This document shows, one piece after another, positions 19,753 to 29,224 of a stretch of DNA of 64,000 bases. The notes under the pieces are model-generated. The model made no database searches. It worked only from the letters and a program-made list of their open reading frames with translations, and was not told the DNA's origin. The DNA lies in assembly GCA_016290905.1 (NCBI GenBank), contig JAEEVO010000001.1:61412-125411 (forward strand). The letters run 5' to 3'. The stretch is from Lachnospiraceae bacterium (GTDB lineage: Bacteria > Bacillota > Clostridia > Lachnospirales > Lachnospiraceae). The translations under genes were made by a program, and so were the position numbers. How positions within the stretch are numbered: the stretch's first letter is position 1; each line of letters starts with the position of its first letter.

Positions 19753-22464
19753 ATGAATCCAGAGAATAATGAAAGCAGAACCGGTGTTACAGGTGAACCG
19801 CAGTATGAGGAATTTCCTGCCGACGGTCAGGTATATAATGCCGAACCCGTCGCGTATGCCGAGGCTGTTGCGGAACCGGTGGCTGAAGCGGTAGCTGAGC
19901 CGGTTTTTGCCGAGCCTGTGGCAGAGTTTGTAGTTGAGCCTGTCGTAGAAGCAGTGGCTGAACCCGTAGCGGAGTTTGCAGCAGAGCCTGTAGCGGAAGC
20001 AGTGGCTGAACCCGTAGCGGAGTTTGTTGCAGAGCCCGTAGCGGAAGCAGTGGCTGAACCCAAAGCGGAGTTTGTTGCAGAGCCTGTAGCGGAAGCAGTA
20101 GCTGAACCCGTAGCGGAGTTTACAGCCGAGCCTGTTGCAGAAGCAGTGGCCGAACCTGTAGCGGAGTTTGTAGCTGAGCCTGTGACCGAGACGGATGCTG
20201 AGCCTTTGTTTGCAAGACATACCGCAGAACCGGTTTATGCCTATCCGGAGCAGCAGACTGCGCCTGTTCAGGAACAGAATAACGGGTACAACAACGGTTA
20301 TCCGTCAGAAAACAACGGATATGCGGTTGCGGAATATAATGCACCGGTACAGGACAATAATAATCCTACAGTAAATCCGCCGGAAAAAGGTAAGAAAAAG
20401 AAAGAAAAGAAAACAGATGGTAATTCTGTGCCGAAAAAGAAAGGGGGAGCTCTCCCTGCCATAATCGTTTCGATAGTGGCTGTCCTGATCATAGGAGCAC
20501 TTTGTTTCTTCGGCTGGAAGGAATTGGATAAAAAGGATTCGCAGTTAAAACAGAAGGATACCGAATTCGAAGAAAAGACTGCGGAACTCACGCAGAAATC
20601 GGAAGAACTTGATAAAAAGACTTCCGAACTGGCTCAGAAGGAAGAAGAACTTAAAAAAGCCTTAGAAGAGAAAAGCCGGATTGAAACCGAAAGAGATCAG
20701 CTTTTGGCTGCGGACGCTGAACGTAAGCAGAAAGAAGAAGAGGCAGCAAAAGCCGATAACGGAGAAAAAGACGCCATTAACAATATGATCCGTCTTATGG
20801 ACAGAACGGAGGACCTGATTGCTAAAGTAGGAACCGAATTTAACAGGAATCCGAGTACTGTATCCGAATATGAAGTGATAAAAAACACCATTGGCGGATA
20901 TAATAACGAAATGGGCGCCTATATAAATGAATTTAATACGCTTACCGGTATTCCCCAGAATTTCCGTGACGCGGGAAAAGAATTCCTTGATTCTACAAAG
21001 GATTCTATTTCATCTACTCATGAACTGTTAGAATTTCTGATAGATTATCTAAAAATCACGGAAATGTTCCAGGATGTATATGATATGAATAATCTGAGCC
21101 GCTCATATGAGAATGCCGAGAAGTTCATCACGCTCATGGAAAGCTCAAAGGTGCCGGCATACATAAAGCCTATCTGGGACAGATGGAAAGATTCTATGGA
21201 AATCTCCAAAGAGGTATTAAAGAGGGTATATGAAGCTCAGACTGCTGGTGATTATCTGAGATTATCTTCTGCAAGCAATCTGCTTAACCGTCAGGTACAG
21301 ATCATAAAAAATCTGATCAATGAAATGAGTGAGGTTGTGGACAGTGAGTTTGATTTCCTTAAGAACAGACAGCAGTATGCAGCAGGTCTCGTCGATCAGG
21401 CCAGATCGGCGGTTGAGCTTGACCCGGAAGCAAGGAAGGCCTACAAATTCAACTTTGATCAAAAAGGAGAAATGGTCTTAAATTATAAGGTAAAGGATGA
21501 GATATATCCTTCTCTCTATAATTCCTATAACTATGTCATATATGTGGAGGCAGGCTGTTACGGAGAGTCAAAGGATATCGTGGTTGAGTGTGAGATACCC
21601 GGACTGACACAGAAATTTGAAAACTCTTACAGGCTTGATTCGCTTGTAACACCCATCTATATTAAGCCTGTAGCGGTTGAAAGCACTCAGGATCTCAGCG
21701 TTGCATGGGATTCGACTGTGAAGATCACCGTCAAAGACAAGCAGGGCAATCTTCTTGATACCAAGTCATTCCCTGTTCATATCTGCAGCGAGAACGATTT
21801 CAAATGGTTTGATGATGAGTTTGGTGTTGCTACAAGGGATAACATCCTTTGTTTCCTGACACCTCAGTCTGAAGCAGTAACCCAGCTCAAACGTGATGCC
21901 ATAGATATCCTTTCCGTTTGGACCGACGGTAAGGTTTCGGGAATTTATGGATATCAGGGGCCTGTATATGATACGTACACTGATACATATATTCAGGCAG
22001 CTGCTCTTATGTATGCTTTGTCAAATATGGGCGTCAGATATAACAATGATAATTTCTCGATTGACGGAGCAGGTCAGCATATATTGTTCCCTGCACAGGT
22101 TCTTGAGAGTAAAACGGGTCTTTGTATAGAAACCTCGCTTGTTATAGCAAGTGCGCTTCAGAGTGCGGGCTTCCACACATACCTGATATTCCCGCCCGGA
22201 CATGCACAGGTAGCAGTAGAGACATGGGAAGGCTCAGGGGAGTATTTCCTGGTTGAAACGACAAAACTTCCGTGCGATGAGGACAGTATCATTGATTATG
22301 CAAATGCAATACTGAGCGGAGATATTTCGGGAGTCAGCGGAAGCGATGCTCCGGTTACTTATCTTAACAAAGAAGAATGGGCAGGATACTTAAGCAACAG
22401 TGTTGTTTATCATATAGACTGCAGTGACGGAAAACTTCTGGGTCTCACACCGTTTGCCAGATAA
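19753..22464 (+). CDS. Membrane-anchored repeat protein with C-terminal transglutaminase-like (papain-fold) core
   Basis: ATG 19753 after an AAAGGAG RBS. AEPVAEAVAEPVAEFV tandem repeats. TM segment ALPAIIVSIVAVLIIGALCFFGW. K/E coiled coil. C-terminal TGLCIETSLVIASALQSAGFHTYLIFPPGHAQVAVE resembles the Cys...His core of transglutaminase-like domains. Confidence 0.65.
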   Translation: MNPENNESRTGVTGEPQYEEFPADGQVYNAEPVAYAEAVAEPVAEAVAEPVFAEPVAEFVVEPVVEAVAEPVAEFAAEPVAEAVAEPVAEFVAEPVAEAVAEPKAEFVAEPVAEAVAEPVAEFTAEPVAEAVAEPVAEFVAEPVTETDAEPLFARHTAEPVYAYPEQQTAPVQEQNNGYNNGYPSENNGYAVAEYNAPVQDNNNPTVNPPEKGKKKKEKKTDGNSVPKKKGGALPAIIVSIVAVLIIGALCFFGWKELDKKDSQLKQKDTEFEEKTAELTQKSEELDKKTSELAQKEEELKKALEEKSRIETERDQLLAADAERKQKEEEAAKADNGEKDAINNMIRLMDRTEDLIAKVGTEFNRNPSTVSEYEVIKNTIGGYNNEMGAYINEFNTLTGIPQNFRDAGKEFLDSTKDSISSTHELLEFLIDYLKITEMFQDVYDMNNLSRSYENAEKFITLMESSKVPAYIKPIWDRWKDSMEISKEVLKRVYEAQTAGDYLRLSSASNLLNRQVQIIKNLINEMSEVVDSEFDFLKNRQQYAAGLVDQARSAVELDPEARKAYKFNFDQKGEMVLNYKVKDEIYPSLYNSYNYVIYVEAGCYGESKDIVVECEIPGLTQKFENSYRLDSLVTPIYIKPVAVESTQDLSVAWDSTVKITVKDKQGNLLDTKSFPVHICSENDFKWFDDEFGVATRDNILCFLTPQSEAVTQLKRDAIDILSVWTDGKVSGIYGYQGPVYDTYTDTYIQAAALMYALSNMGVRYNNDNFSIDGAGQHILFPAQVLESKTGLCIETSLVIASALQSAGFHTYLIFPPGHAQVAVETWEGSGEYFLVETTKLPCDEDSIIDYANAILSGDISGVSGSDAPVTYLNKEEWAGYLSNSVVYHIDCSDGKLLGLTPFAR
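19840..20205 (+). repeat. In-frame 48-nt tandem repeat (16-aa unit AEPVAEAVAEPVAEFV)
   Basis: Five near-identical 48-nt units at 19951-19998, 19999-20046, 20047-20094, 20095-20142 and 20143-20190. More degenerate units lie 5' of them (19840-19950). Confidence 0.85.
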
Positions 22465-22503
22465 AAGAAAATCCTTGCAATTTTATGTAGTATAATATAT
22501 AAT

Positions 22504-22543
22504 GAACTGGTGCAGATGAAGATCGGCACCAGTTCAATTTTTT
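22504..22543 (+). terminator. Intrinsic terminator of the repeat-protein gene
   Basis: Perfect 10-bp stem GAACTGGTGC / GCACCAGTTC followed by AATTTTTT, 40 nt after the stop at 22464. Confidence 0.6.
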
Positions 22544-22564
22544 GGGTAAGAAGGGAGAATAATT

Positions 22565-23107
22565 ATGGCAAAATATGTTTGTAGTGTATGCGGTTATGTA
22601 TTTGAGGGAGATGCGGCACCTGCGGAGTGTCCCGTATGCCATGCGCCTGCAGAAAAGTTCAATAAGCAGGAAGGCGAGCTTACATGGGCAGCAGAGCATG
22701 TTGTCGGTGTGGCAAAGGGTGTCAGCGAAGATATATTAAATGATTTAAGAGCAAACTTTAACGGAGAGTGTTCAGAAGTCGGTATGTATCTGGCTATGTC
22801 CAGAGTAGCATTCCGTGAGGGATATCCCGAGATTGGTCTTTATTGGGAAAAGGCCGCTTACGAAGAGGCAGAGCATGCAGCTAAGTTTGCAGAACTGTTA
22901 GGCGAGGTAGTTACCGATTCAACAAAGAAGAATCTTGAGATGCGTATAGAAGCAGAGAATGGAGCAACAGCAGGAAAGACTGATCTTGCAAAGCGTGCGA
23001 AAGCTGCAAACCTTGACGCAATCCATGATACGGTTCATGAGATGGCAAGGGATGAGGCAAGACACGGCAAGGCATTCGAAGGACTTTACAAGAGGTATTT
23101 CGGATAA
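22565..23107 (+). CDS. rbr: Reverse rubrerythrin (N-terminal rubredoxin-like domain plus ferritin-like di-iron domain)
   Basis: 180 aa. CSVCGY...CPVCHAP rubredoxin motif at the N-terminus. ExxH di-iron motifs ([18 protein letters not shown]) in the C-terminal four-helix part. Confidence 0.9.
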   Translation: MAKYVCSVCGYVFEGDAAPAECPVCHAPAEKFNKQEGELTWAAEHVVGVAKGVSEDILNDLRANFNGECSEVGMYLAMSRVAFREGYPEIGLYWEKAAYEEAEHAAKFAELLGEVVTDSTKKNLEMRIEAENGATAGKTDLAKRAKAANLDAIHDTVHEMARDEARHGKAFEGLYKRYFG

Positions 23108-23153
23108 GCTTAAGTCTTTGTTAAAAGACTTGAAAATCAGGTTTTGAAAGCAT

Positions 23154-23199
23154 AAGGGCACATATCTGTCATACGCAGGTATGGGCCCTTTTATTTTTT
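23154..23199 (+). terminator. Intrinsic terminator of rbr
   Basis: AAGGGC...GCCCTT outer stem with inner CATATCTG/CAGGTATG pairing, followed by TTATTTTTT. Confidence 0.6.
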
Positions 23200-23328
23200 C
23201 TACCCTGTCAAGAAATAACATCTTAAACACAATATAGTAAATTGCCTATACTATTACTCTCTATTACACTATTAAATGGAGATTTATATGATCCTGATCT
23301 GCCGTTATTATGCGGTATGGAGGTAGTA

Positions 23329-25746
23329 ATGAAAAAAGGAATATTTTCCAAAGCGGTTTTAAAACTGCTTGAAGAAAACGGAATAAAAGAAGACGACATA
23401 TTTGCGGCTTCGCCCGTCGATATGAATACGGAATGTGAATATGCCGACGGATTTGTGGTGGTGACGCTTGAAAAACTGGCGATCATCACATCACCGCCGG
23501 ATATCACCGAGGTTCGTTCATTTAAAGGCTATATGACCAAGCAGACTCCGTTGCAGAAGGATGAGAAGCAGTGGGCGTTGAAGCTGTATGAGCTTGATAA
23601 AGTGGAAGCCTTAAAGACAGAGCTTCAGGTGGCATGCAGCGTTCTGGTAGCGGATATTGACGGTATAACTTACAGACTTATCGCATTCTCAAATCTATAC
23701 AAGAGAGAGATGCATAAGCTGATAAGAACATTTGACCGTTTAAGTGCCGAGCTTAAGAGTGGTGATAAAAAAGAAGGCGGTCCCGGCGGAGAATTTAAAA
23801 AGGATGAGGATAGCGGATTATCAAAGGAAGAACGTCTTGAAAAGATAAAGACCTACGGTAAGGAAGAGGAAGGCGAGAAAAACGAATACTGTCCTATTTG
23901 CGGCATGATGTATCCCGACAGGAGCAGAAAGGTATGTCCGAGATGTATGGACAGGAAATCAATCTTTTTCAGGGTGCTCGGATATTTCAAGCCTTACAGA
24001 GGCAGGATAGCGGTCATGTTTACATGCTATATCCTGACTTCGCTTTTAAATCTGGTATGGCCCTATCTTAACGGTACGATCCTTTATGATAAGGTTCTTG
24101 CAAAGAACAATGAGTTTTTAAAACAGTTCGGCATAGAGGACAGTAAGTACATTACAGCCCTGTTGATGGTGGTTCTCACGATGCTTATGACAAGGGTTAC
24201 GCTCATTTTCATAAATATGCTTCAGGGTGTATTTGCAGCTAAGATAGTTACCGGTGTTGTATGTGACATGAAAAAGAGCATTTTCGGGAATATGGGAAAG
24301 CTGTCGATAAGCTTTTTCAGATCACGTCAGACGGGAAGTCTTATGACGCGTGTCATGAGTGATGCGGACAGAGTTACGGGTTTCTTCATAGACGGATGTC
24401 CTTACATATTTATTAACGGACTGATGATCATCGTTTCACTGGTAATGATGTTCAGTATAAAGTGGCAGATGACACTTATGGTCATTTTCATTATGCCTTT
24501 CGTAATGCTTATAGGCTTGAAGCTGAGACCTAAGGTTTGGACTCAGTTCGGACACAGGCACAGAGCCGAGCGTGCGGTAAACAGCCAGGTAAACGATAAC
24601 CTGACCGGAGCCAGGGTTGTAAAGGCTTTCGGGCAGGAGAACAGGGAGACAAACAGATTTGAGAAGAATAACCTAAGGTTAAGGGATGCCGAGATGAGCA
24701 TCGTCGGGACGCAGAATCTTGTAAGAGGTTCTTACTCGGGCATATTTGAGTTCCTGAATATTTCTGTATGGCTTATCGGTGTTTATCTGATAATGGTAGC
24801 AGGAGAGATAGAGCTTGGAGTACTCATTACTTTTGTAGGTTATATAGGACAGCTCCAGGGTCCCATAAACTTTTTCTCGAGAATATTCCACTGGTGGGCC
24901 GACAGTATGAACAGTGCCCAGAGAATGTTTGAGATAATTGATTCCGTACCGGAGATCAGAGAGGCGGAAAATCCCAAGACACTCGAGGATCCTAAGGGAA
25001 GGATAGAGTTAAAGAATGTATCCTTCGGATATGAGGTAAACCGTCCTGTTTTAAAGGAACTTAATCTTGAAATAAAGGAAGGCAGCATGCTGGGGATCGT
25101 AGGACGTTCCGGTGCGGGAAAGACCACGCTGGTAAACCTTATCTCGAGAATGTATGATCCGCAGGAGGGACAGATACTTATTGACGGTACCGATATAAAG
25201 GATCTGTCGTTCAAGTCCTTAAGAAGAAACGTTGCGATGGTTTCTCAGGAGACCTATATATTCATGGGAACCGTTGAGGAAAACATAGCGTATGCTAATC
25301 CTTCGGCTTCACATGCCGATGTTATACGTGCGGCTAAGCTTGCGAGTGCTCATGAATTCATAATGAGGATGCCCGACGGGTACGATACCAGGATAGGTTC
25401 CTCGGGCAGGGAGCTTTCGGGCGGAGAGAAGCAGCGAATTTCAATAGCAAGAGCGATACTCTCAAATCCCAAGATACTGATACTCGATGAAGCAACAGCT
25501 TCTGTTGATACTGAAACCGAGAGGGATATACAAAGATCGATCGCATATCTTATAAAGGGAAGGACGACGATATCCATAGCGCACAGGCTTTCAACCTTAA
25601 AGGATGCGGACTATCTTGTCGTAATAGATAACGGGAAGATAACGGAACGCGGAACCCACAAGGAGCTTGAGGAGCTTAAAGGAACGTATTTCAAGCTTAT
25701 GGAACTGCAGCGTAAGGCGCTGTCACTTAGAGGCGTTATGGAATAG
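23329..25746 (+). CDS. ABC exporter half-transporter (TMD-NBD) with about 230-aa N-terminal PH-like plus zinc-ribbon module
   Basis: ATG 23329 after a GGAGG RBS. N-terminal ADGFVVVTLEKLAIITS and CPICGMMYPDRSRKVCPRC. Six-helix exporter TMD. Walker A GRSGAGKTT, signature LSGGEKQR, Walker B ILILDEATS. Confidence 0.85.
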   Translation: MKKGIFSKAVLKLLEENGIKEDDIFAASPVDMNTECEYADGFVVVTLEKLAIITSPPDITEVRSFKGYMTKQTPLQKDEKQWALKLYELDKVEALKTELQVACSVLVADIDGITYRLIAFSNLYKREMHKLIRTFDRLSAELKSGDKKEGGPGGEFKKDEDSGLSKEERLEKIKTYGKEEEGEKNEYCPICGMMYPDRSRKVCPRCMDRKSIFFRVLGYFKPYRGRIAVMFTCYILTSLLNLVWPYLNGTILYDKVLAKNNEFLKQFGIEDSKYITALLMVVLTMLMTRVTLIFINMLQGVFAAKIVTGVVCDMKKSIFGNMGKLSISFFRSRQTGSLMTRVMSDADRVTGFFIDGCPYIFINGLMIIVSLVMMFSIKWQMTLMVIFIMPFVMLIGLKLRPKVWTQFGHRHRAERAVNSQVNDNLTGARVVKAFGQENRETNRFEKNNLRLRDAEMSIVGTQNLVRGSYSGIFEFLNISVWLIGVYLIMVAGEIELGVLITFVGYIGQLQGPINFFSRIFHWWADSMNSAQRMFEIIDSVPEIREAENPKTLEDPKGRIELKNVSFGYEVNRPVLKELNLEIKEGSMLGIVGRSGAGKTTLVNLISRMYDPQEGQILIDGTDIKDLSFKSLRRNVAMVSQETYIFMGTVEENIAYANPSASHADVIRAAKLASAHEFIMRMPDGYDTRIGSSGRELSGGEKQRISIARAILSNPKILILDEATASVDTETERDIQRSIAYLIKGRTTISIAHRLSTLKDADYLVVIDNGKITERGTHKELEELKGTYFKLMELQRKALSLRGVME

Positions 25747-25768
25747 TTTTTTATGGAAAGGAATAAAA

Positions 25769-26347
25769 ATGGGAAGATTTGACAGAAACAGAGGCGGCTT
25801 TGACGGTGGTGAGGATTTCAATCTCGAACAGATGGAGAAAGAAACCGAAGAGATGCTGAAGATGCGTTTTCTCGATAAAAAGAATGCCGAGTTTAAGGCT
25901 ACCGGCGGAGGATTCATATCGCTCAAGGTAGGCGATGAAGAGTATAAGAGGGTACAGGTCGTGAGGATGTTTCCTTTCACCGACCCCGATCATTATATTT
26001 CAATAAGGACATCGGATGAGAATTCAAAGGAAATAGGGATAATAAAGGATTTAAAGGATGTTACGAAGGAAACGGCAAAGCTCCTGACGGATCAGATGAA
26101 CATCAGGTATTTTACGCCGGTCATCACTAAGATCATAAACATTAAGGATGAATACGGTTATGCATATTTCGATGTTGTGACCGACAGGGGTGAATGCAGG
26201 TTCACCATAAACATGGGAGGCAGCTCGGTGGTACATCTGACCGAAACGAGGATACTTATTTCGGACGTGGATGAAAACAGGTTTGAAATTCCGGATGTAA
26301 TGGCACTGAGCACTGCCGAAAGAAAGAAGCTTGATCTGTTCCTGTGA
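25769..26347 (+). CDS. DUF1854-like protein (ABC-exporter-associated)
   Basis: 192 aa from ATG 25769, soluble. The family call rests on my recollection that DUF1854 proteins are encoded next to or between ABC exporter genes (VRMFPFTDPDHYISIR, RYFTPVITKI). Not verifiable without an HMM search. Confidence 0.45.
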   Translation: MGRFDRNRGGFDGGEDFNLEQMEKETEEMLKMRFLDKKNAEFKATGGGFISLKVGDEEYKRVQVVRMFPFTDPDHYISIRTSDENSKEIGIIKDLKDVTKETAKLLTDQMNIRYFTPVITKIINIKDEYGYAYFDVVTDRGECRFTINMGGSSVVHLTETRILISDVDENRFEIPDVMALSTAERKKLDLFL

Positions 26348-26401
26348 TAACGGGCTTAAACTGTTTCATGGGGATGTTTGGGATACGATCGGAGATCAAA
26401 A

Positions 26402-28609
26402 ATGATACTGAAATATGATTTAAAGGACTCATATGTCGGGCTTTTAAAGCTTGAACCCGAAGAGACCGTTGTTTACTGCGTGCCGTATGACATTGCGGAT
26501 GACGGCGGCTTTTTGAGGGATTCATATGTAGTCATCACGGAAAAACGGCTCTTTGTAATAGAAGAGGGAGTCTTGAAAAAAGAACTTAAGCTGGATGAAA
26601 TATCCGAAGTTATAAGCGAGCCGATGATAGCCTGCGGAGTGCTTTTCTACACTCAGAAAACCGGAGAAAGCAAGGATGATTTTTCCGAAAACATACTTGT
26701 TCGGTTTTCGTCAAAGCATCTTTCAAGATTTGCATATATTTCAAGGGGCTGCAGACTGTTAAAGGAAAACCCCGAGGCAAGGGTTTTCAGTAATGAGAGT
26801 GAAACAACCTGTCTTAAATGCGGAAGAGCCCTGCCCGGGACAAAGGTGTGCCCGAGATGTTCAAACAAAAAACGGGGCATGGTACATGAGCTAAAAACCA
26901 TGATAGCTCCTTATAAGAAAACCATGGGTGTGATCATGATCTTCATGCTCCTTGCGACATGTGTGACACTGTTCAATCCGTCAATGCAGAAGGTGCTGAT
27001 AGATGATGTGATAAAGAATGGTGATAAAACCTTCTTAAGTGCTCTGCCGGTGTTGTTGGCTATGTTTGCTATGAGCGGCGGCATCATATTGATAAACATC
27101 ATGAAATACTATCTGTGTTCAAAGCTCGGAGCAAATGTCAGCACGGATCTGAGAAGAAAGCTGTATCAGAAGATCCAGCTTCTCTCACTGTCGTTTGTTA
27201 ATGACAGAAAACCCGGTGAGCTTATGAACAGGGTGGTAAACGATACGGCAAGAGTAAAGGAATTCATAAACGATACGGCATGTGACCTGCTTACGGTCGG
27301 GGTTATCTTCGTATTTGATGTAGTGTTCATGCTTATCTTAGACTGGAAGCTTGCGCTGCTTGCATTTGCTTTCATACCCGTGACGGTTCTCATATCAATG
27401 AGCTTCAGGAAATTTGTCCATAGGCGTTTTCATATGCAGTGGGTGAAATCAGATAAGATCCACAGCAATCTGCAGGATGTTATCTCCGGCATGTCGGTAG
27501 TTAAATCCTATGGTAAGGAAGAAGAGGAGTCACAGCACTTTAACGAAACGGCCGAGGAATTTAAGGAAGTTCAGTTCAATAACGAGAAGTTCTGGGCGGT
27601 ATTCTTTCCGGCTATGCAGTTCATGGTCAGTGTGGGAGTTTATTTTGTAACCTACTTTGGTGGAGTAAAGGTGCTTGATGAGACCAAGACGGTTGGAGAA
27701 CTTATACAGTTCATAACATATTCTTCAATGCTTTACCAGTATGTCGGCTGGCTGACGAACCTGCCGAGACAGCTTATGAACCTTGTGACAAGCATGGAGC
27801 GTATCGGTGATATAATGGATCAGGAGCCGGATATCTTTGATACGGATAAATCGGTTGAACTTGCTGTAAAGGGACATGTAGAGTTTAAGGATGCTTCCTT
27901 CGGATATAAGTCATATAAACCCGTACTTGACGGTATTTCTCTTGACGTAAAGCCCGGTGAGATGATAGGTCTTGTCGGAGCTTCCGGTACAGGAAAATCC
28001 ACCCTGATAAATCTTATCATGCATCTTTACGAGGTGGATAACGGTGAGATACTTATCGACGGTGTGAATATCAGAGACATAAAGCTTGAGAACTATCATT
28101 CGCAGATAGGTGTCGTACTTCAGGAGACATTTCTGTTTACGGGTACGATACTTAACAATATAAGATTTGCACGTCCGGATGCAACCTATGAGCAGATTAT
28201 TCAGGCGGCAAAAATGGCTAATGCACATGAGTTCATTTGCAGGACTCCGGATGGATATAATACTTACTTAAGTGAGCGAGGATTCAATCTTTCCGGAGGT
28301 GAGAGGCAGAGGATCGCGATTGCAAGGGCGATACTGAATAATCCCAAGCTGCTCATCCTTGATGAGGCTACCGCAAGCCTCGATACCGAAAGCGAATATC
28401 TGATCCAGAAGGCTTTGGAAAGACTGACTAACGGCAGAACGACCTTTGCCATAGCGCACAGGCTCTCCACACTTAAAGATGCTGACAGGCTCGTGGTCAT
28501 AGATAATCATCACATAGCCGAGGTTGGCACTCATGACGAGCTTATGGCCAAGGGCGGCATATACGCCGGACTTGTAAACGCCCAGCTCGAGATGAATGCG
28601 GAAATATGA
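26402..28609 (+). CDS. ABC exporter half-transporter (TMD-NBD) with N-terminal PH-like plus zinc-ribbon module; paralog of 23329-25746
   Basis: N-terminal DSYVVITEKRLFVIEEG and CLKCGRALPGTKVCPRC. Walker A GASGTGKST, signature LSGGERQR, Walker B LLILDEATA. Confidence 0.85.
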   Translation: MILKYDLKDSYVGLLKLEPEETVVYCVPYDIADDGGFLRDSYVVITEKRLFVIEEGVLKKELKLDEISEVISEPMIACGVLFYTQKTGESKDDFSENILVRFSSKHLSRFAYISRGCRLLKENPEARVFSNESETTCLKCGRALPGTKVCPRCSNKKRGMVHELKTMIAPYKKTMGVIMIFMLLATCVTLFNPSMQKVLIDDVIKNGDKTFLSALPVLLAMFAMSGGIILINIMKYYLCSKLGANVSTDLRRKLYQKIQLLSLSFVNDRKPGELMNRVVNDTARVKEFINDTACDLLTVGVIFVFDVVFMLILDWKLALLAFAFIPVTVLISMSFRKFVHRRFHMQWVKSDKIHSNLQDVISGMSVVKSYGKEEEESQHFNETAEEFKEVQFNNEKFWAVFFPAMQFMVSVGVYFVTYFGGVKVLDETKTVGELIQFITYSSMLYQYVGWLTNLPRQLMNLVTSMERIGDIMDQEPDIFDTDKSVELAVKGHVEFKDASFGYKSYKPVLDGISLDVKPGEMIGLVGASGTGKSTLINLIMHLYEVDNGEILIDGVNIRDIKLENYHSQIGVVLQETFLFTGTILNNIRFARPDATYEQIIQAAKMANAHEFICRTPDGYNTYLSERGFNLSGGERQRIAIARAILNNPKLLILDEATASLDTESEYLIQKALERLTNGRTTFAIAHRLSTLKDADRLVVIDNHHIAEVGTHDELMAKGGIYAGLVNAQLEMNAEI

Positions 28610-28621
28610 TTCTTTTTTCCT

Positions 28622-28663
28622 CCAAACACCGAGAAGAAGCGATTTTATTTAAAAAATCGCGGG
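28622..28663. repeat. REP-like repeat, type B, copy 1
   Basis: CCAAACACCGAGAAGAAGCGATTTTATTTAAAAAATCGCGGG with an internal 8-bp hairpin GCGATTTT/AAAATCGC. A second copy lies at 37366-37417. Confidence 0.7.
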
Positions 28664-28672
28664 ATTAGTTAC

Positions 28673-28744
28673 TGTCATTCTGAGCGAAGCGAAGAATCTT
28701 TGGTCTTTAAGGAATAAGATTCTTCGCTGATGCTCAGGATGACA
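28673..28744. repeat. REP-like long imperfect palindrome, type A, copy 1
   Basis: TGTCATTCTGAGCGAAGCGAAGAATC ... GATTCTTCGCTGATGCTCAGGATGACA. Related copies at 35474-35546 and 36450-36521. Confidence 0.75.
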
Positions 28745-28757
28745 AAATTTTTTCCCT

Positions 28758-29207
28758 TTAGCTACTCGCCACTTTGAACATTCTGTCATTATATTTTGAA
28801 ACCGTTTCAACAGCATATTTTATGGATTCTTCCAAGAGCTCCTTTGAAATGATGCTGTTCCTGAAAGGTATGGCAACCCTGAATACTACTTTGCCCTTTT
28901 CTTCGTTATAATCGTAATTGCCTGCATAGAGATCGTTATAGTTTATCTCACAGACAAGTCGTGCAAACTCAGAGGCCTTTGTGGGCGGTACATCAAAGGG
29001 CAGAACGGAAAACAGGGTAACCAGTCCGTTCTCGGGATATATGGATAACTTGACATGCGCTTTAAAAGGCTCGGCGTTAAAGTCTCCGTCAATCTGGTGC
29101 TTTTCTTCATTTATAACTATCGAATCCTTGCGGGCAGAGCTGTTGAATATATCCTTTCCGATGGTAAACAGCCTTGAAACCGCCATGTTTAATTCTGATT
29201 GTGTCAT
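28758..29207 (-). CDS. YbjN-like (type III secretion chaperone-fold) protein
   Basis: 149 aa, soluble. The pattern LVTLFSVLPFDVPPTKASEFARLVCEINYNDLYAGNYDYNEEKGKVVFRVAIPF resembles the YbjN / putative sensory transduction regulator family. Motif-level call. Confidence 0.45.
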   Translation of the reverse strand: MTQSELNMAVSRLFTIGKDIFNSSARKDSIVINEEKHQIDGDFNAEPFKAHVKLSIYPENGLVTLFSVLPFDVPPTKASEFARLVCEINYNDLYAGNYDYNEEKGKVVFRVAIPFRNSIISKELLEESIKYAVETVSKYNDRMFKVASS

Positions 29208-29224
29208 GGTCTTCTCCTCTTTTT

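Noticed and set aside
19840-20205. A CRISPR-like array, suggested by the regular repeat spacing
   Set aside because: The 48-nt units are directly tandem with no spacers, are in-frame, and lie inside a long ORF with good RBS and start context. No cas genes are present.
19678-20344. Minus-strand ORFs rich in GSAT or CFRYRL repeats
   Set aside because: They are antisense or alternate-frame readings of the AEPVAE tandem repeat.
22475-22503. A PerR-type operator in the AT-rich sequence upstream of rubrerythrin
   Set aside because: TTGCAA-17-TATAAT reads well as a promoter. I cannot find a convincing TTATAAT-N-ATTATAA palindrome. The adjacent hairpin is best explained as the terminator of the upstream gene.
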